This document shows, in pieces, positions 28,919-38,800 of a DNA stretch of 64,000 nucleotides; within the stretch, counting starts at the first letter, position 1; every line of letters starts with the position of its first letter. Source of the stretch: a virus; the IMG/VR virus record IMGVR_UViG_3300020450_000010, positions 60,716 to 124,715 of that record; one strand, 5' to 3'. Position numbers and translations under genes: made by a program. The notes below the pieces were generated by a model, which searched no databases, had not been told where the DNA came from, and worked only from the letters and a program-made list of their open reading frames with translations.

Positions 28919-30016
28919 ATGGCTCATGCAATGGATGAACTATTAAACTCAAATACGCTCTCCGAAGAGGTTAGATCTTCAATATCTGAAGCTTGGGATA
29001 CCCAACTAACGGAAGCTCGTGAAACAATCACAGCTGAACTTAGAGAAGAATTTGCACAGCGTTATGAAAATGACAAGTCGCAGATTGTAGAAGCCGCAGA
29101 TAAGATGCTTACGGATGTTATTGGAAAAGAACTCGAAGAGTTCAAAGAAGATAAAGCCAAAGTAGCTGAAGATCGTGTTGCTTATCGCAAGCACATGAAA
29201 GAGCATTCAAAAGTGCTTGATCAGTTTGTGATGGAAGCACTCCGCAAAGAGATCGAAGAACTCCGCGGAGACCGAGTTGCTCAAGAATCAAACATGACGA
29301 AGCTGGAAGGTTTTGTTATGGAGCAATTAACCAAAGAGCTCAATGAGTTTCATGAAGACAAACGCTCACTAGTTGAAGCTAAAGTCAAAATGATTAAAGA
29401 AGGCAAAGAGGTTATCAATCAAACTAAAGCAGATTTCATAAAGACTGCCGCGAAGAAAGTAGAAGGCATAATGGAAAATACCATTAAGTCAGAACTTAAT
29501 ACTTTACGTGAAGATATCAAAACAGCCAAAGAAAATACCTTTGGACGTAAGATATTTGAAACATACGCCGCTGAATTTATGGGTAGCTATCTAAACGAAG
29601 GAACGGAAGTTGCTAAGTTGTCTAAGGTAGTTGAAAATCTACAAGGCGAGATTGAAAACAAAGATAAAGCCATTGCTGAAAAGGAAGTAGCTATAGCAGA
29701 AAGTGCTAAGGAAGCACGTATTGCTAAAGATACAGCAGAACGAAAGCAAGTTATGCAAGAAATGATGCAACCTCTCAGCAAAGACCATAAAGAAATTATG
29801 GGTGCATTGCTTGAAAGTGTAAAAACTGAAAAGCTACAAAATGCATTCAATAAGTATCTCCCTTCAGTACTGAAGGAAGACGCAAAAAAACCAGAAAAGA
29901 AGGTACTAAGTGAATCTACAACAGAAGTCACTGGAAACAAAGCAGAAGCTACAGCATCAGCTGACAGCAAGACAGCTGATATTGTTTACCTTCAAAAATT
30001 AGCCGGTATAAGTTAA
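28919..30016 (+). CDS. gp22: Prohead core scaffold protein
   Basis: E/K-rich coiled coil between protease and MCP; FGRKIFETYAAEF. Confidence 0.8.
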   Translation: MAHAMDELLNSNTLSEEVRSSISEAWDTQLTEARETITAELREEFAQRYENDKSQIVEAADKMLTDVIGKELEEFKEDKAKVAEDRVAYRKHMKEHSKVLDQFVMEALRKEIEELRGDRVAQESNMTKLEGFVMEQLTKELNEFHEDKRSLVEAKVKMIKEGKEVINQTKADFIKTAAKKVEGIMENTIKSELNTLREDIKTAKENTFGRKIFETYAAEFMGSYLNEGTEVAKLSKVVENLQGEIENKDKAIAEKEVAIAESAKEARIAKDTAERKQVMQEMMQPLSKDHKEIMGALLESVKTEKLQNAFNKYLPSVLKEDAKKPEKKVLSESTTEVTGNKAEATASADSKTADIVYLQKLAGIS

Positions 30017-30027
30017 GGAGACCGAAA

Positions 30028-31200
30028 ATGGCAGACGCATTAATGGAAAATTGGAGCGAAACAAAGATCGCTCTTACTGACGGTCTATCTGGAACTAAAA
30101 AGAGTGTAATGGAAACAACACTTGAGAACACTAAGAAGTACCTCGCAGAGGCGGCTTCTACTGGTGCTACTCAAGCAGGAAACGTAGCTACACTTAACAA
30201 AGTTATTCTTCCAGTGATTAGACGTGTCATGCCAACAGTTATCGCCAACGAAATCGTTGGTGTACAGCCTATGACAGGCCCTGTTGGTCAGATTCACACA
30301 CTTAGAGTTCGCTACGCAGAAGCGTTCAACTCTACAAGTGGTATTGATACCGCGGCAGGTGATGAGGCATTAAGCCCATTCAAAATTGCCGCAGGTTATT
30401 CAGGTGCCGCTACTGACAAAGGTGCAGTAACATCAGCACTTGAAGGTGATGCAGGTAAAAAGTTGAGTATTCAAGTACTCAAGCAAACTGTTGAAGCCAA
30501 GTCCAGAAAGCTATCAGCACGTTGGACATTTGAAGCCGCTCAAGACGCACAGTCAATGCACGGCTTAGATGTTGAAGCAGAAATCATGCAAGCACTTGCA
30601 CAAGAGATTACTGCTGAAATCGATCAAGAGATCATTGCAAGTCTTTCAAGTTTAGCTGGTTCAGCCGCAAGCACATACGCACAAGGTAGTGTAAGTGGTA
30701 CAGCAACATTTGTTGGTGACGAGCATGCCGCTCTTGCAGTGCTTATTAACAAAGAAGCAAACAACATCGCCGCAAGAACAAGACGTGGCGCTGGTAACTG
30801 GGCAGTAGTAAGCCCAACAGTACTTACAGTACTACAAAGTGCAACAACTTCAGCTTTCGCAAGAAGCACAGAAGGAACATTTGAAGCACCAACAAATACA
30901 AAATTTGTAGGTACTCTAAATGGCACAATGAGAATATATGTAAACCAGTATGCCGCTGATGATACAGTGCTTGTTGGATACAAAGGTGCAACAGAGACAG
31001 ACGCCGCGGCGTTCTATTGCCCATATATTCCGCTAATGAGTTCAGGTACAGTACTTGACCCAGCAACATTTGAGCCAGTAGTTAGCTTTATGACCAGATA
31101 CGGTTATGTAGAACTAAGCAACCAAGCTTCATCACTTGGTAATGCCGCTGACTATCTTGCAAAAATTGCTGTAACAAGCGGTCAACTTGCATTTACCTAA
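30028..31200 (+). CDS. gp23: Major capsid protein
   Basis: LPVIRRVMP...IVGVQPMTGPVGQI, VEAKSRKLSARWTFEAAQD, EITAEIDQEII, FYCPYIPL, FMTRYG. Confidence 0.96.
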   Translation: MADALMENWSETKIALTDGLSGTKKSVMETTLENTKKYLAEAASTGATQAGNVATLNKVILPVIRRVMPTVIANEIVGVQPMTGPVGQIHTLRVRYAEAFNSTSGIDTAAGDEALSPFKIAAGYSGAATDKGAVTSALEGDAGKKLSIQVLKQTVEAKSRKLSARWTFEAAQDAQSMHGLDVEAEIMQALAQEITAEIDQEIIASLSSLAGSAASTYAQGSVSGTATFVGDEHAALAVLINKEANNIAARTRRGAGNWAVVSPTVLTVLQSATTSAFARSTEGTFEAPTNTKFVGTLNGTMRIYVNQYAADDTVLVGYKGATETDAAAFYCPYIPLMSSGTVLDPATFEPVVSFMTRYGYVELSNQASSLGNAADYLAKIAVTSGQLAFT

Positions 31201-31222
31201 TAGGTATTTCATTAAAACGAGG

Positions 31223-31247
31223 ACAGGGCCTTTATGGCCCTGTTTTT
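31223..31247 (+). terminator. Rho-independent terminator after the MCP
   Basis: ACAGGGCC-TTTAT-GGCCCTGT followed by a T-run. Confidence 0.85.
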
Positions 31248-31260
31248 GTTTGTGCAAACA

Positions 31261-31268
31261 AATAAATA
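31261..31268 (+). promoter_or_regulatory. Late promoter variant AATAAATA
   Basis: AATAAATA-TGTA, then an AGGAG RBS and the ATG at 31289. Confidence 0.6.
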
Positions 31269-31288
31269 TGTACAGTAGGAGATGATCG

Positions 31289-33256
31289 ATGGCAACAAAA
31301 TTTAAGCAAAACCTAGACGTCACTGGAAATATTACTTTGACTGGACAGGTTAGTGCTCAAGGTAATGTTACGCTAGGAGATACAGATACAGATAGTGTAA
31401 CATTTTCAGCTGATGTTACAAGTAATATTTTACCAAACTTAACCGCTACTTATGATTTAGGTGCAGACGGCAAAGCATGGAGAACTGTGCATACAGGAAA
31501 TTTAGTATTCGAAGGTTCGAATGTAGATGGGAATGAAACTACATTTGGAGTAATAAATCCTACAGCAGATAGAACAATTAATTTACCAGATTCAACAGGA
31601 ACAGTTGCCACACAAGAATGGGTAAATGGACAAGGTTTTGGAGCAGGTGCTGGAGGAAGTATAAACGGATTGAATGATGTTGACACAGCTACAGTTGCTC
31701 CTTCAAACGGACAAGTTTTAAAATGGAACGGTGCAAATTGGATACCACAAAATGACACAGCATCTAGCTACACAAATGCAAGTGTTGATGCACATATCAA
31801 TCAAAGCACAGCTACAAACGGGCAAGTGTTAAGTTGGAACGGATCTGACTACGCATGGATTGCAAGTGGTAGTGGTAGTCTAAGCAATGTAGTTGAAGAT
31901 ACAACTCCACAACTTGGTGGCAATTTAGATCTAAACAGCAAAGATATTACAGGTACAGGTAATATTAATATCACAGGTAGTGCTAATTTTGGTTCAAATG
32001 ATATTACTACCACAGGAAAAGTTTTATTTGCAAATGTGTATAATAATATAGGAGATCTACCAAGTGCGAGCACTTATCACGGAATGTTTGCTCACGTCCA
32101 TGGTACTGGTGCGGCTTATTATGCACATGCAGGCGCATGGATACAACTCGCAGATAATAGTGCTTTAGCAAGTTATCAAACAACTGCTGGTTTAAATGGT
32201 GCTATCGATACACACTTAAATCAAAGCAATCCAACAAGTGGTCACGTACTAAGTTGGAATGGCAGTGACTATGCTTGGGTTGCAAACAGTGGTGGTGGAG
32301 GTGGAAGCACAAGTCCAGGTGGTTCTAATACACAAGTACAATTTAATGATAGTAGTTCTTTTGGTGGCGATAGTGATTTTACATATAACAAAACTACTAA
32401 TACACTTACAGTTGTAAATCTTACAGCAACAAACATAACAACAACTGGTTCAGGATCACAAACAATTAGTGCTGGTGCAAATATAGAACTTAATGCTACA
32501 AATAGAGTTTTAGTTACAGATACTCCTTTTAGATTAGCAAGTATGACAACAACACAACGAAATGCTATAAGCAGTCCTGTAAACGGAGATATGATTTACA
32601 ATAGTACTACTAACCAATTAGAAAGTTATGAAAATAGTGCTTGGGGAGCCACAGCTGGAAGTGGGGGCGGTAGTGGAGATATCACTAGAGTTAATATTAC
32701 AGCAGGTACAGGTTTAACAGGCACACAAGATACAACGACAGGTGATCACACACAAACCCTTGCAGTTGATGTAGGTACAACAGCAAACAAAATTGTACAG
32801 CTAGACGGAACAGCAAAATTACCAGCAGTAGATGGATCACAGTTAACTAATATTAGTGGTAGTGGTATTGCAAGCGTAGTAGCAGATACAACACCACAAC
32901 TTGGTGGTGACTTAGATGTAAATGGTAAAACAATTGCACATACATTCAATGTAGGAAATTCAGGAGCAAGTGATTATACGTTTAGTGATACTGGAAACAT
33001 TTGGTTTCCTACAACTGAAAATGATCCTGTATTATATCTACGCAGAGGTGAACAATATAAGTTTGTTGTAAATGCTAGTGGACATCCATTTCAAATACGT
33101 ACAGGAAGTGGTGGTTCAGCATATAATACTGGTGTAACAAACAACGGAGCACAAGTTGGCACAATTATATTTAAAGTTCCAATGTCAGCACCTGCAACAT
33201 TGTATTATCAGTGTACAATTCATGGCGGAATGGGAAACACAATTAATATTGTATAG
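31289..33256 (+). CDS. Mosaic fibre-like virion protein with a C-terminal cupredoxin-like domain
   Basis: G/T/S/N-rich, with NGQVLxWNG and DTTPQLGG repeats and a His-rich module. The C-terminus has GHPF...YYQCTIHGGMG. Confidence 0.7.
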   Translation: MATKFKQNLDVTGNITLTGQVSAQGNVTLGDTDTDSVTFSADVTSNILPNLTATYDLGADGKAWRTVHTGNLVFEGSNVDGNETTFGVINPTADRTINLPDSTGTVATQEWVNGQGFGAGAGGSINGLNDVDTATVAPSNGQVLKWNGANWIPQNDTASSYTNASVDAHINQSTATNGQVLSWNGSDYAWIASGSGSLSNVVEDTTPQLGGNLDLNSKDITGTGNINITGSANFGSNDITTTGKVLFANVYNNIGDLPSASTYHGMFAHVHGTGAAYYAHAGAWIQLADNSALASYQTTAGLNGAIDTHLNQSNPTSGHVLSWNGSDYAWVANSGGGGGSTSPGGSNTQVQFNDSSSFGGDSDFTYNKTTNTLTVVNLTATNITTTGSGSQTISAGANIELNATNRVLVTDTPFRLASMTTTQRNAISSPVNGDMIYNSTTNQLESYENSAWGATAGSGGGSGDITRVNITAGTGLTGTQDTTTGDHTQTLAVDVGTTANKIVQLDGTAKLPAVDGSQLTNISGSGIASVVADTTPQLGGDLDVNGKTIAHTFNVGNSGASDYTFSDTGNIWFPTTENDPVLYLRRGEQYKFVVNASGHPFQIRTGSGGSAYNTGVTNNGAQVGTIIFKVPMSAPATLYYQCTIHGGMGNTINIV

Positions 33257-33265
33257 GATTAAAAA

Positions 33266-34225
33266 ATGACAGTAATTAGATCAACAGCAGAAGTAAATTT
33301 TGATGCTACAACAAGAGTACAAGTAAACGATACAAGTTTACGTTTAGCAAATATGACAACTGTACAAAGAGATGCACTAACTCCTGCAAATGGTGACATG
33401 ATTTACAATACAACTACAAATCAATTTAATATAAGAATAAATGGTGCTTGGACAACTCTTGCTACAGTAGAAGGTTTGGTTGACAGTGCACCTACAACAC
33501 TTGATACACTTAATGAATTAGCGGCGGCACTGGGTGATGATCCTAATTTTGCTACTACAGTCACAAATAGTCTTGCAGGTAAATTATCACTGACAGGTGG
33601 AACAATGACTGGTGATATAGATGGAAACGGCAATAAAGTATTGTTTGCAAATGTGTATAATAATATTGGAGATCTACCAAGTGCTAGTACATATCACGGA
33701 ATGTTTGCTCATGTACACTCAACTGGAAAAGGATATTATGCACATGCAGGTGCATGGATTGAAATGGCTAATCAATCTGATCTAACAACAACAAATACAA
33801 ACGTAACAAACCTAACAAATAGTTTGGCTACAACAAATACAAATATTACTAATCTTACTAACAATAAACTGAATTTATCTGGTGGTACTATGACAGGAAC
33901 ACTTACACTGAGCGGTGCTCCTAGTAGTGCAAACCATGCGGCTACCAAAGCATATGTAGACAGTGCAGTAGCAGGTAGTGGCGGTGGAGGAGGAGCTTAC
34001 ATAGGGAACAACAACAATTTGCCTGCTGGAGATTATTTTGCTTGGAGACCAAATGCTCCAAACACGAGCTGGTATGTTTTTAAAGACGGAAACCAGAACG
34101 ATAGAATTGCTAACGGTGGTAATTTTTCTACACAACTAGCCTTTACAGTTCCATCTGGTGGTTATGTAAATGTAGGAACAGGTGATTTTGGTACAAGCTC
34201 AAGAGCGATATTCAAACTAGGATAA
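33266..34225 (+). CDS. Fibre-like virion protein
   Basis: Shares the LDTLNELAAALGDD and YHGMFAHVH modules with neighbouring genes; HAATKAYVD motif. Confidence 0.7.
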   Translation: MTVIRSTAEVNFDATTRVQVNDTSLRLANMTTVQRDALTPANGDMIYNTTTNQFNIRINGAWTTLATVEGLVDSAPTTLDTLNELAAALGDDPNFATTVTNSLAGKLSLTGGTMTGDIDGNGNKVLFANVYNNIGDLPSASTYHGMFAHVHSTGKGYYAHAGAWIEMANQSDLTTTNTNVTNLTNSLATTNTNITNLTNNKLNLSGGTMTGTLTLSGAPSSANHAATKAYVDSAVAGSGGGGGAYIGNNNNLPAGDYFAWRPNAPNTSWYVFKDGNQNDRIANGGNFSTQLAFTVPSGGYVNVGTGDFGTSSRAIFKLG

Positions 34226-34228
34226 ACA

Positions 34229-35770
34229 ATGAGTGAAAAAGAATATATTGTAAGTCTAAAGAGAGATGTTGATGCTAGTAATTTCAAAGCAGAAATGACA
34301 CAAAGCTCAGGTGACACAAATATTCCCAATCGCAGTGTAGATGTTGCTAACGAAAGATTATTAAGCACAAGAAACACACACTATAGTTTAACAGACGAAG
34401 AAGCAACACAACTAAAAAATGATAGTAGAGTTGCAGACGTACATATACCTCCAGAAGATGATGATACTTTAGAAATAGGATTACATGCAACACAAACTGC
34501 TGATTTTACAAAAACAACAAGTGACAGTGGAGACTATGTTAATTGGGGATTACGTAGATGTATAACAAACAGTAATCCATACTCAGGCAACACAGTATCT
34601 GGAGATTATACATATAACTTAGATGGTACAGGTGTAGATGTTGTTATTCAAGACAGTGGATTACAAGTAGATCATCCGGAGTTCAATGATGCAAGCGGAA
34701 CTTCTAGAGTACAACAGATAAACTGGTATACTGAAAGTGGTTTATCAGGAACGCAAAGTAGTAACCATTATAGAGATTATAACGGACATGGAACACACGT
34801 AGGAGGAACTGCCGCAGGACTAACATATGGCTGGGCAAAAAATGCAAGAGTGTACGCAGTAAAAGTAAGTGGACTAGAAGGAACAGGTGATAGCGGTGGT
34901 ATAGGTGTATCAAACTGTTTTGATGTAATCAAAGGATGGCACAACAACAAAGGTGTTGATCCTGCAACAGGATATAAAAGACCAACAATAGTTAATATGA
35001 GTTGGGGTTACGGTACATACAGCTATAATGTAACCAGTATAAATTACAGAGGCTCTACATATGGTGGTTGGACAGGCACTGGTAGAAATACTACATATGG
35101 AATAGTAGGAAGCTATAGAAGTGCAACTTATGGTTACAGAATGGGCACAAGAATAACTAGTGTGGATACTGATATACAAGAAATGATTGATGCAGGAATA
35201 CATGTTTGCATTGCCGCAGGAAACTATTATCAAAAAATTGATGTACCTAGTGGCACTGACTACAACAACTATTTTGTTAGTAGCTCATATGGAACCAAAT
35301 ATTACAATAGAGGAAGTTCTCCCTTTGATGATGAAGCACTTATGGTAGGAAATATGGATAGCACTGTACACAGTGGCGGCTTAGAACAAAAAGCAAGTAG
35401 CAGTGAAAATGGACCTGGTGTAGACATATATGCACCTGGTACAAATGTAATGAGTACATGTAGTACAATAAACGAAATGACCAATGGAGATTATCCACCT
35501 AATTCTAGTTACAAGATTTGTAATATTAGTGGAACTAGTATGGCAAGTCCTCAAGTATGTGGAGTTGGTGCATTACTGTTACAAGCAAATCCACATTCAA
35601 CACCAGCACAGCTTAAGGCACAATTAATAGCTACTTGTCAAACAAATGCTATATATTCAACAGGATTAGACAACGATTATGCAAACAGTCGTAGTATAAA
35701 GGGTGGAAATAATAGATTTTTAGTTAATCCTTTTGCAAGTGAATACAAGTATAGAATTCAAAATACATAA
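34229..35770 (+). CDS. Subtilisin-like serine protease (S8) with an N-terminal propeptide
   Basis: Triad motifs GVDVVIQDSG, HGTHVGGT and GTSMASP, plus IAAGN and VDIYAPG. Confidence 0.92.
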   Translation: MSEKEYIVSLKRDVDASNFKAEMTQSSGDTNIPNRSVDVANERLLSTRNTHYSLTDEEATQLKNDSRVADVHIPPEDDDTLEIGLHATQTADFTKTTSDSGDYVNWGLRRCITNSNPYSGNTVSGDYTYNLDGTGVDVVIQDSGLQVDHPEFNDASGTSRVQQINWYTESGLSGTQSSNHYRDYNGHGTHVGGTAAGLTYGWAKNARVYAVKVSGLEGTGDSGGIGVSNCFDVIKGWHNNKGVDPATGYKRPTIVNMSWGYGTYSYNVTSINYRGSTYGGWTGTGRNTTYGIVGSYRSATYGYRMGTRITSVDTDIQEMIDAGIHVCIAAGNYYQKIDVPSGTDYNNYFVSSSYGTKYYNRGSSPFDDEALMVGNMDSTVHSGGLEQKASSSENGPGVDIYAPGTNVMSTCSTINEMTNGDYPPNSSYKICNISGTSMASPQVCGVGALLLQANPHSTPAQLKAQLIATCQTNAIYSTGLDNDYANSRSIKGGNNRFLVNPFASEYKYRIQNT

Positions 35771-35812
35771 CGTATTACGGCTAAATACTAGCAATAAGTT
35801 TGTGAGATACGT

Positions 35813-38800
35813 ATGGCTGTAAATTTAGATCATCAACGCGACAGAATTAGTACTGCTAGTGGTAATATAACTATCAATACAGCTGGCAGTCTACGTATAC
35901 CTGTAGGCAATACAGCCGCTAGACCACAAGGTGCTAGTGTTGCAACAGGTCAAATAAGATTCAATACACAATTAAATATTTTTGAAGGTTACAATGGCAC
36001 TGCTTGGAGTAGTATTGGTGGCGTAAAAGATACTGATGGTGATACTTTTATCAACGCTGAACAAAGTGCAGATGATGATACACTAAGATTTTATACAGCA
36101 AATTTTGAAAGACTAACAATTAGTGATGCTGGTATTGTTAATATAACAAGCTCACAGCAGAGTACTAGTACATCTACAGGTGCATTAACTGTAGGTGGTG
36201 GTGTTGGAATTGTAAAAGATGTATTTGTTGGAGGTAACTTAGATGTTACTGGCAATATAACAGTTGGTGGCACAATTACATTAGGCGATGACGATACGGA
36301 TAATATTAACATTAATGCAGATATTAACAGCAATCTTATACCTAATACAACTAACAATTTTGATATAGGTAGTTCAACCAAAACATGGAAAGATTTATTC
36401 ATAAGTGGTACTATAGATGCAAGTGATAGTACAGATGCAATTATTCTTCCACAAGGCACAGATGTTCAAAGACCTAGTTCTGCACAAACTGGTATGTTAC
36501 GTTTTAGTACAACAACTACTAAAGTAGAAGTATACAATGGTAGTGCATGGACAGAAGTAGGTGCTGGCGATATCACAAGAGTTAACATTACAGCAGGCAC
36601 AGGCTTAACCGGAACACAAGACACGACTGCAGGTGATCATACACAAACACTTAACGTTGATGTAGGTACATCAGCAGGCAAGATTGTACAACTAGATAGT
36701 TACGGAAAATTACCACCAATCGACGGATCACAACTTACAGGTGTAGGAACAGTAACCGAAGCTTTTAAAAGTATCGCAGTCAGTGGTCAAAGTAATGTAG
36801 TAGCAGACAGTTCAACTGATACAGTCACTTTTGTTGCAGGTAATAATATTACACTAAGCACTGATCCTAGTACTGATTCAATTACCATTAATAGTACAGC
36901 TAGTGGTAGTGTTACAGAAGCTTTTAAAACAATAGCAGTTAGCGGACAAAGTGATGTAGTCGCTGATAGTGCAACAGATATATTAACATTAGTTGCTGGT
37001 CCTAACATGACAATTAGTACAAATGCCGCAGGAGATACTATTACTTTTGCCAGCTCTGGTGGTGGTGGCGGAGGCGGTGGTGGAGATATTACCGGTGTTA
37101 ATATTACAGCCAGCACAGGTTTATTAGGTTCACAAAACACAACAACAGGTGACCATATACAAACACTTTCAGTTGATGTAGGTACAACAGCAAACAAAAT
37201 TGTACAACTAGATGGTTCAGGTAGATTACCAGCACTTGATGGTAGTCAACTTACAAACTTGCCAAGTAGTGGAGGTAGTTCCACACTAACAGGTTTAACA
37301 GATACTAACATATCAAGTGCTATTGGTGGACAACATTTACAGTGGAACGGCTCTAATTGGGAAAATACCTTTAACTTTAGTTCAAGCGGAACAACATTCC
37401 TGTCAGGATTTTCTGTAAATCGGTTTATCGAATATAGAAATCGCTTAATTACAATTGGTTCAATAAGTTCAGGTGATACAGTAAATTTTCCAACAACTAC
37501 TGGCAGTAGTGCGGCAATTGAATGGCAAGTAAACAATCCAGGTACAGACTTCGTTGCTAACATTACTCCAGGACCACTAAACATTAATAGATCTCAGTAT
37601 TTTAGAATTATTATTGATAACACAACAGGTGCTACAAAAGGAAGTATTTCTGGAATAAAAAGAAATGGAACTACACAAACAGTAAACTGGCTTAACGGAG
37701 CACAACCGTCAGTAACTGGATCAAATATCTACGACGTATATGATATCTATTGCTTTAGAGGTAACGGTGGATCAGATGAAACTTGGTACGCTGAACTATT
37801 AACAGCTGGAGCTGGTACTGCTATAACAGTACAAGATGAAGGCTCGTCACTTTCAACAGCCGCTTCAGTCTTAAACTTTGTTGGTGCAGGTGTTACAGCA
37901 ACTGGTACAGGTGCTACAAAGACAATTACAATCGCAGGAGGTGGCGGAGGTGGAGGATCAACTGATGCCTTTAAAACTATTTCAGTAGCCGGTCAAAGTG
38001 ACGTAATTGCAGACAACTCAACAGATATATTGACACTCGTTGCTGGGTCGGGAATGTCTCTTAGCACAAATGCTCCTGCAGATTCAATAACATTCGTAAA
38101 TGATCATACAACCTTTAGTTCATTAACAGATACTAATATATCAAGTGCTATTTCCGGACAACATTTACTTTGGAATGGTTCTAATTGGGAAAACACTTTT
38201 AATTTTAGTTCGAGTGGAACAACATTTCTTAGTGGATTTAAAACAAATCGTTTTATTGAATACAGAAATAGATTAATTACAATTGGTTCGATTAGTTCAG
38301 GTGATACAGTAAATTTTCCAACAAACAGTGGTAGTAGTGCGGCAATAGAATGGCAAGTAAACAATCCAGGTACAGATTTTGTTGCTAATATTACTCCAGG
38401 ACCTTCGAATATTAACACATCTCAATATTTTAGAATTATAATTGATAATACAACCGGTACTCCCAAAGGTAGTATCTCAGGAATAAAAAGAAATGGCACT
38501 ATACAAACAGTAAATTGGCTCAATGGATCATTACCATCAGTAAGCGGAAATAATATATATGATGTATATGATATCTATTGCTTCAGGGGAAATGGTGGAT
38601 CAGATGAGACTTGGTATGCTGAATTATTGACAGTCGGTGGCGGTGGCGGAGCCAGTGATGCCTTTAAAACTATTTCAGTAGCAGGTCAAAGTGACGTAAT
38701 TGCAGACAGTTCAACAGACACACTAACACTTGTAGCTGGTAGTAATATGACAATTACCACAAATGCCGCAGGCGATACTATTACTTTTGCCAGTTCAGGC

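Noticed and set aside
37295-38633. Duplication as a diversity-generating retroelement TR/VR pair
   Set aside because: Both copies are in frame within one gene, the differences look mostly synonymous rather than adenine-specific, and no reverse transcriptase is present.
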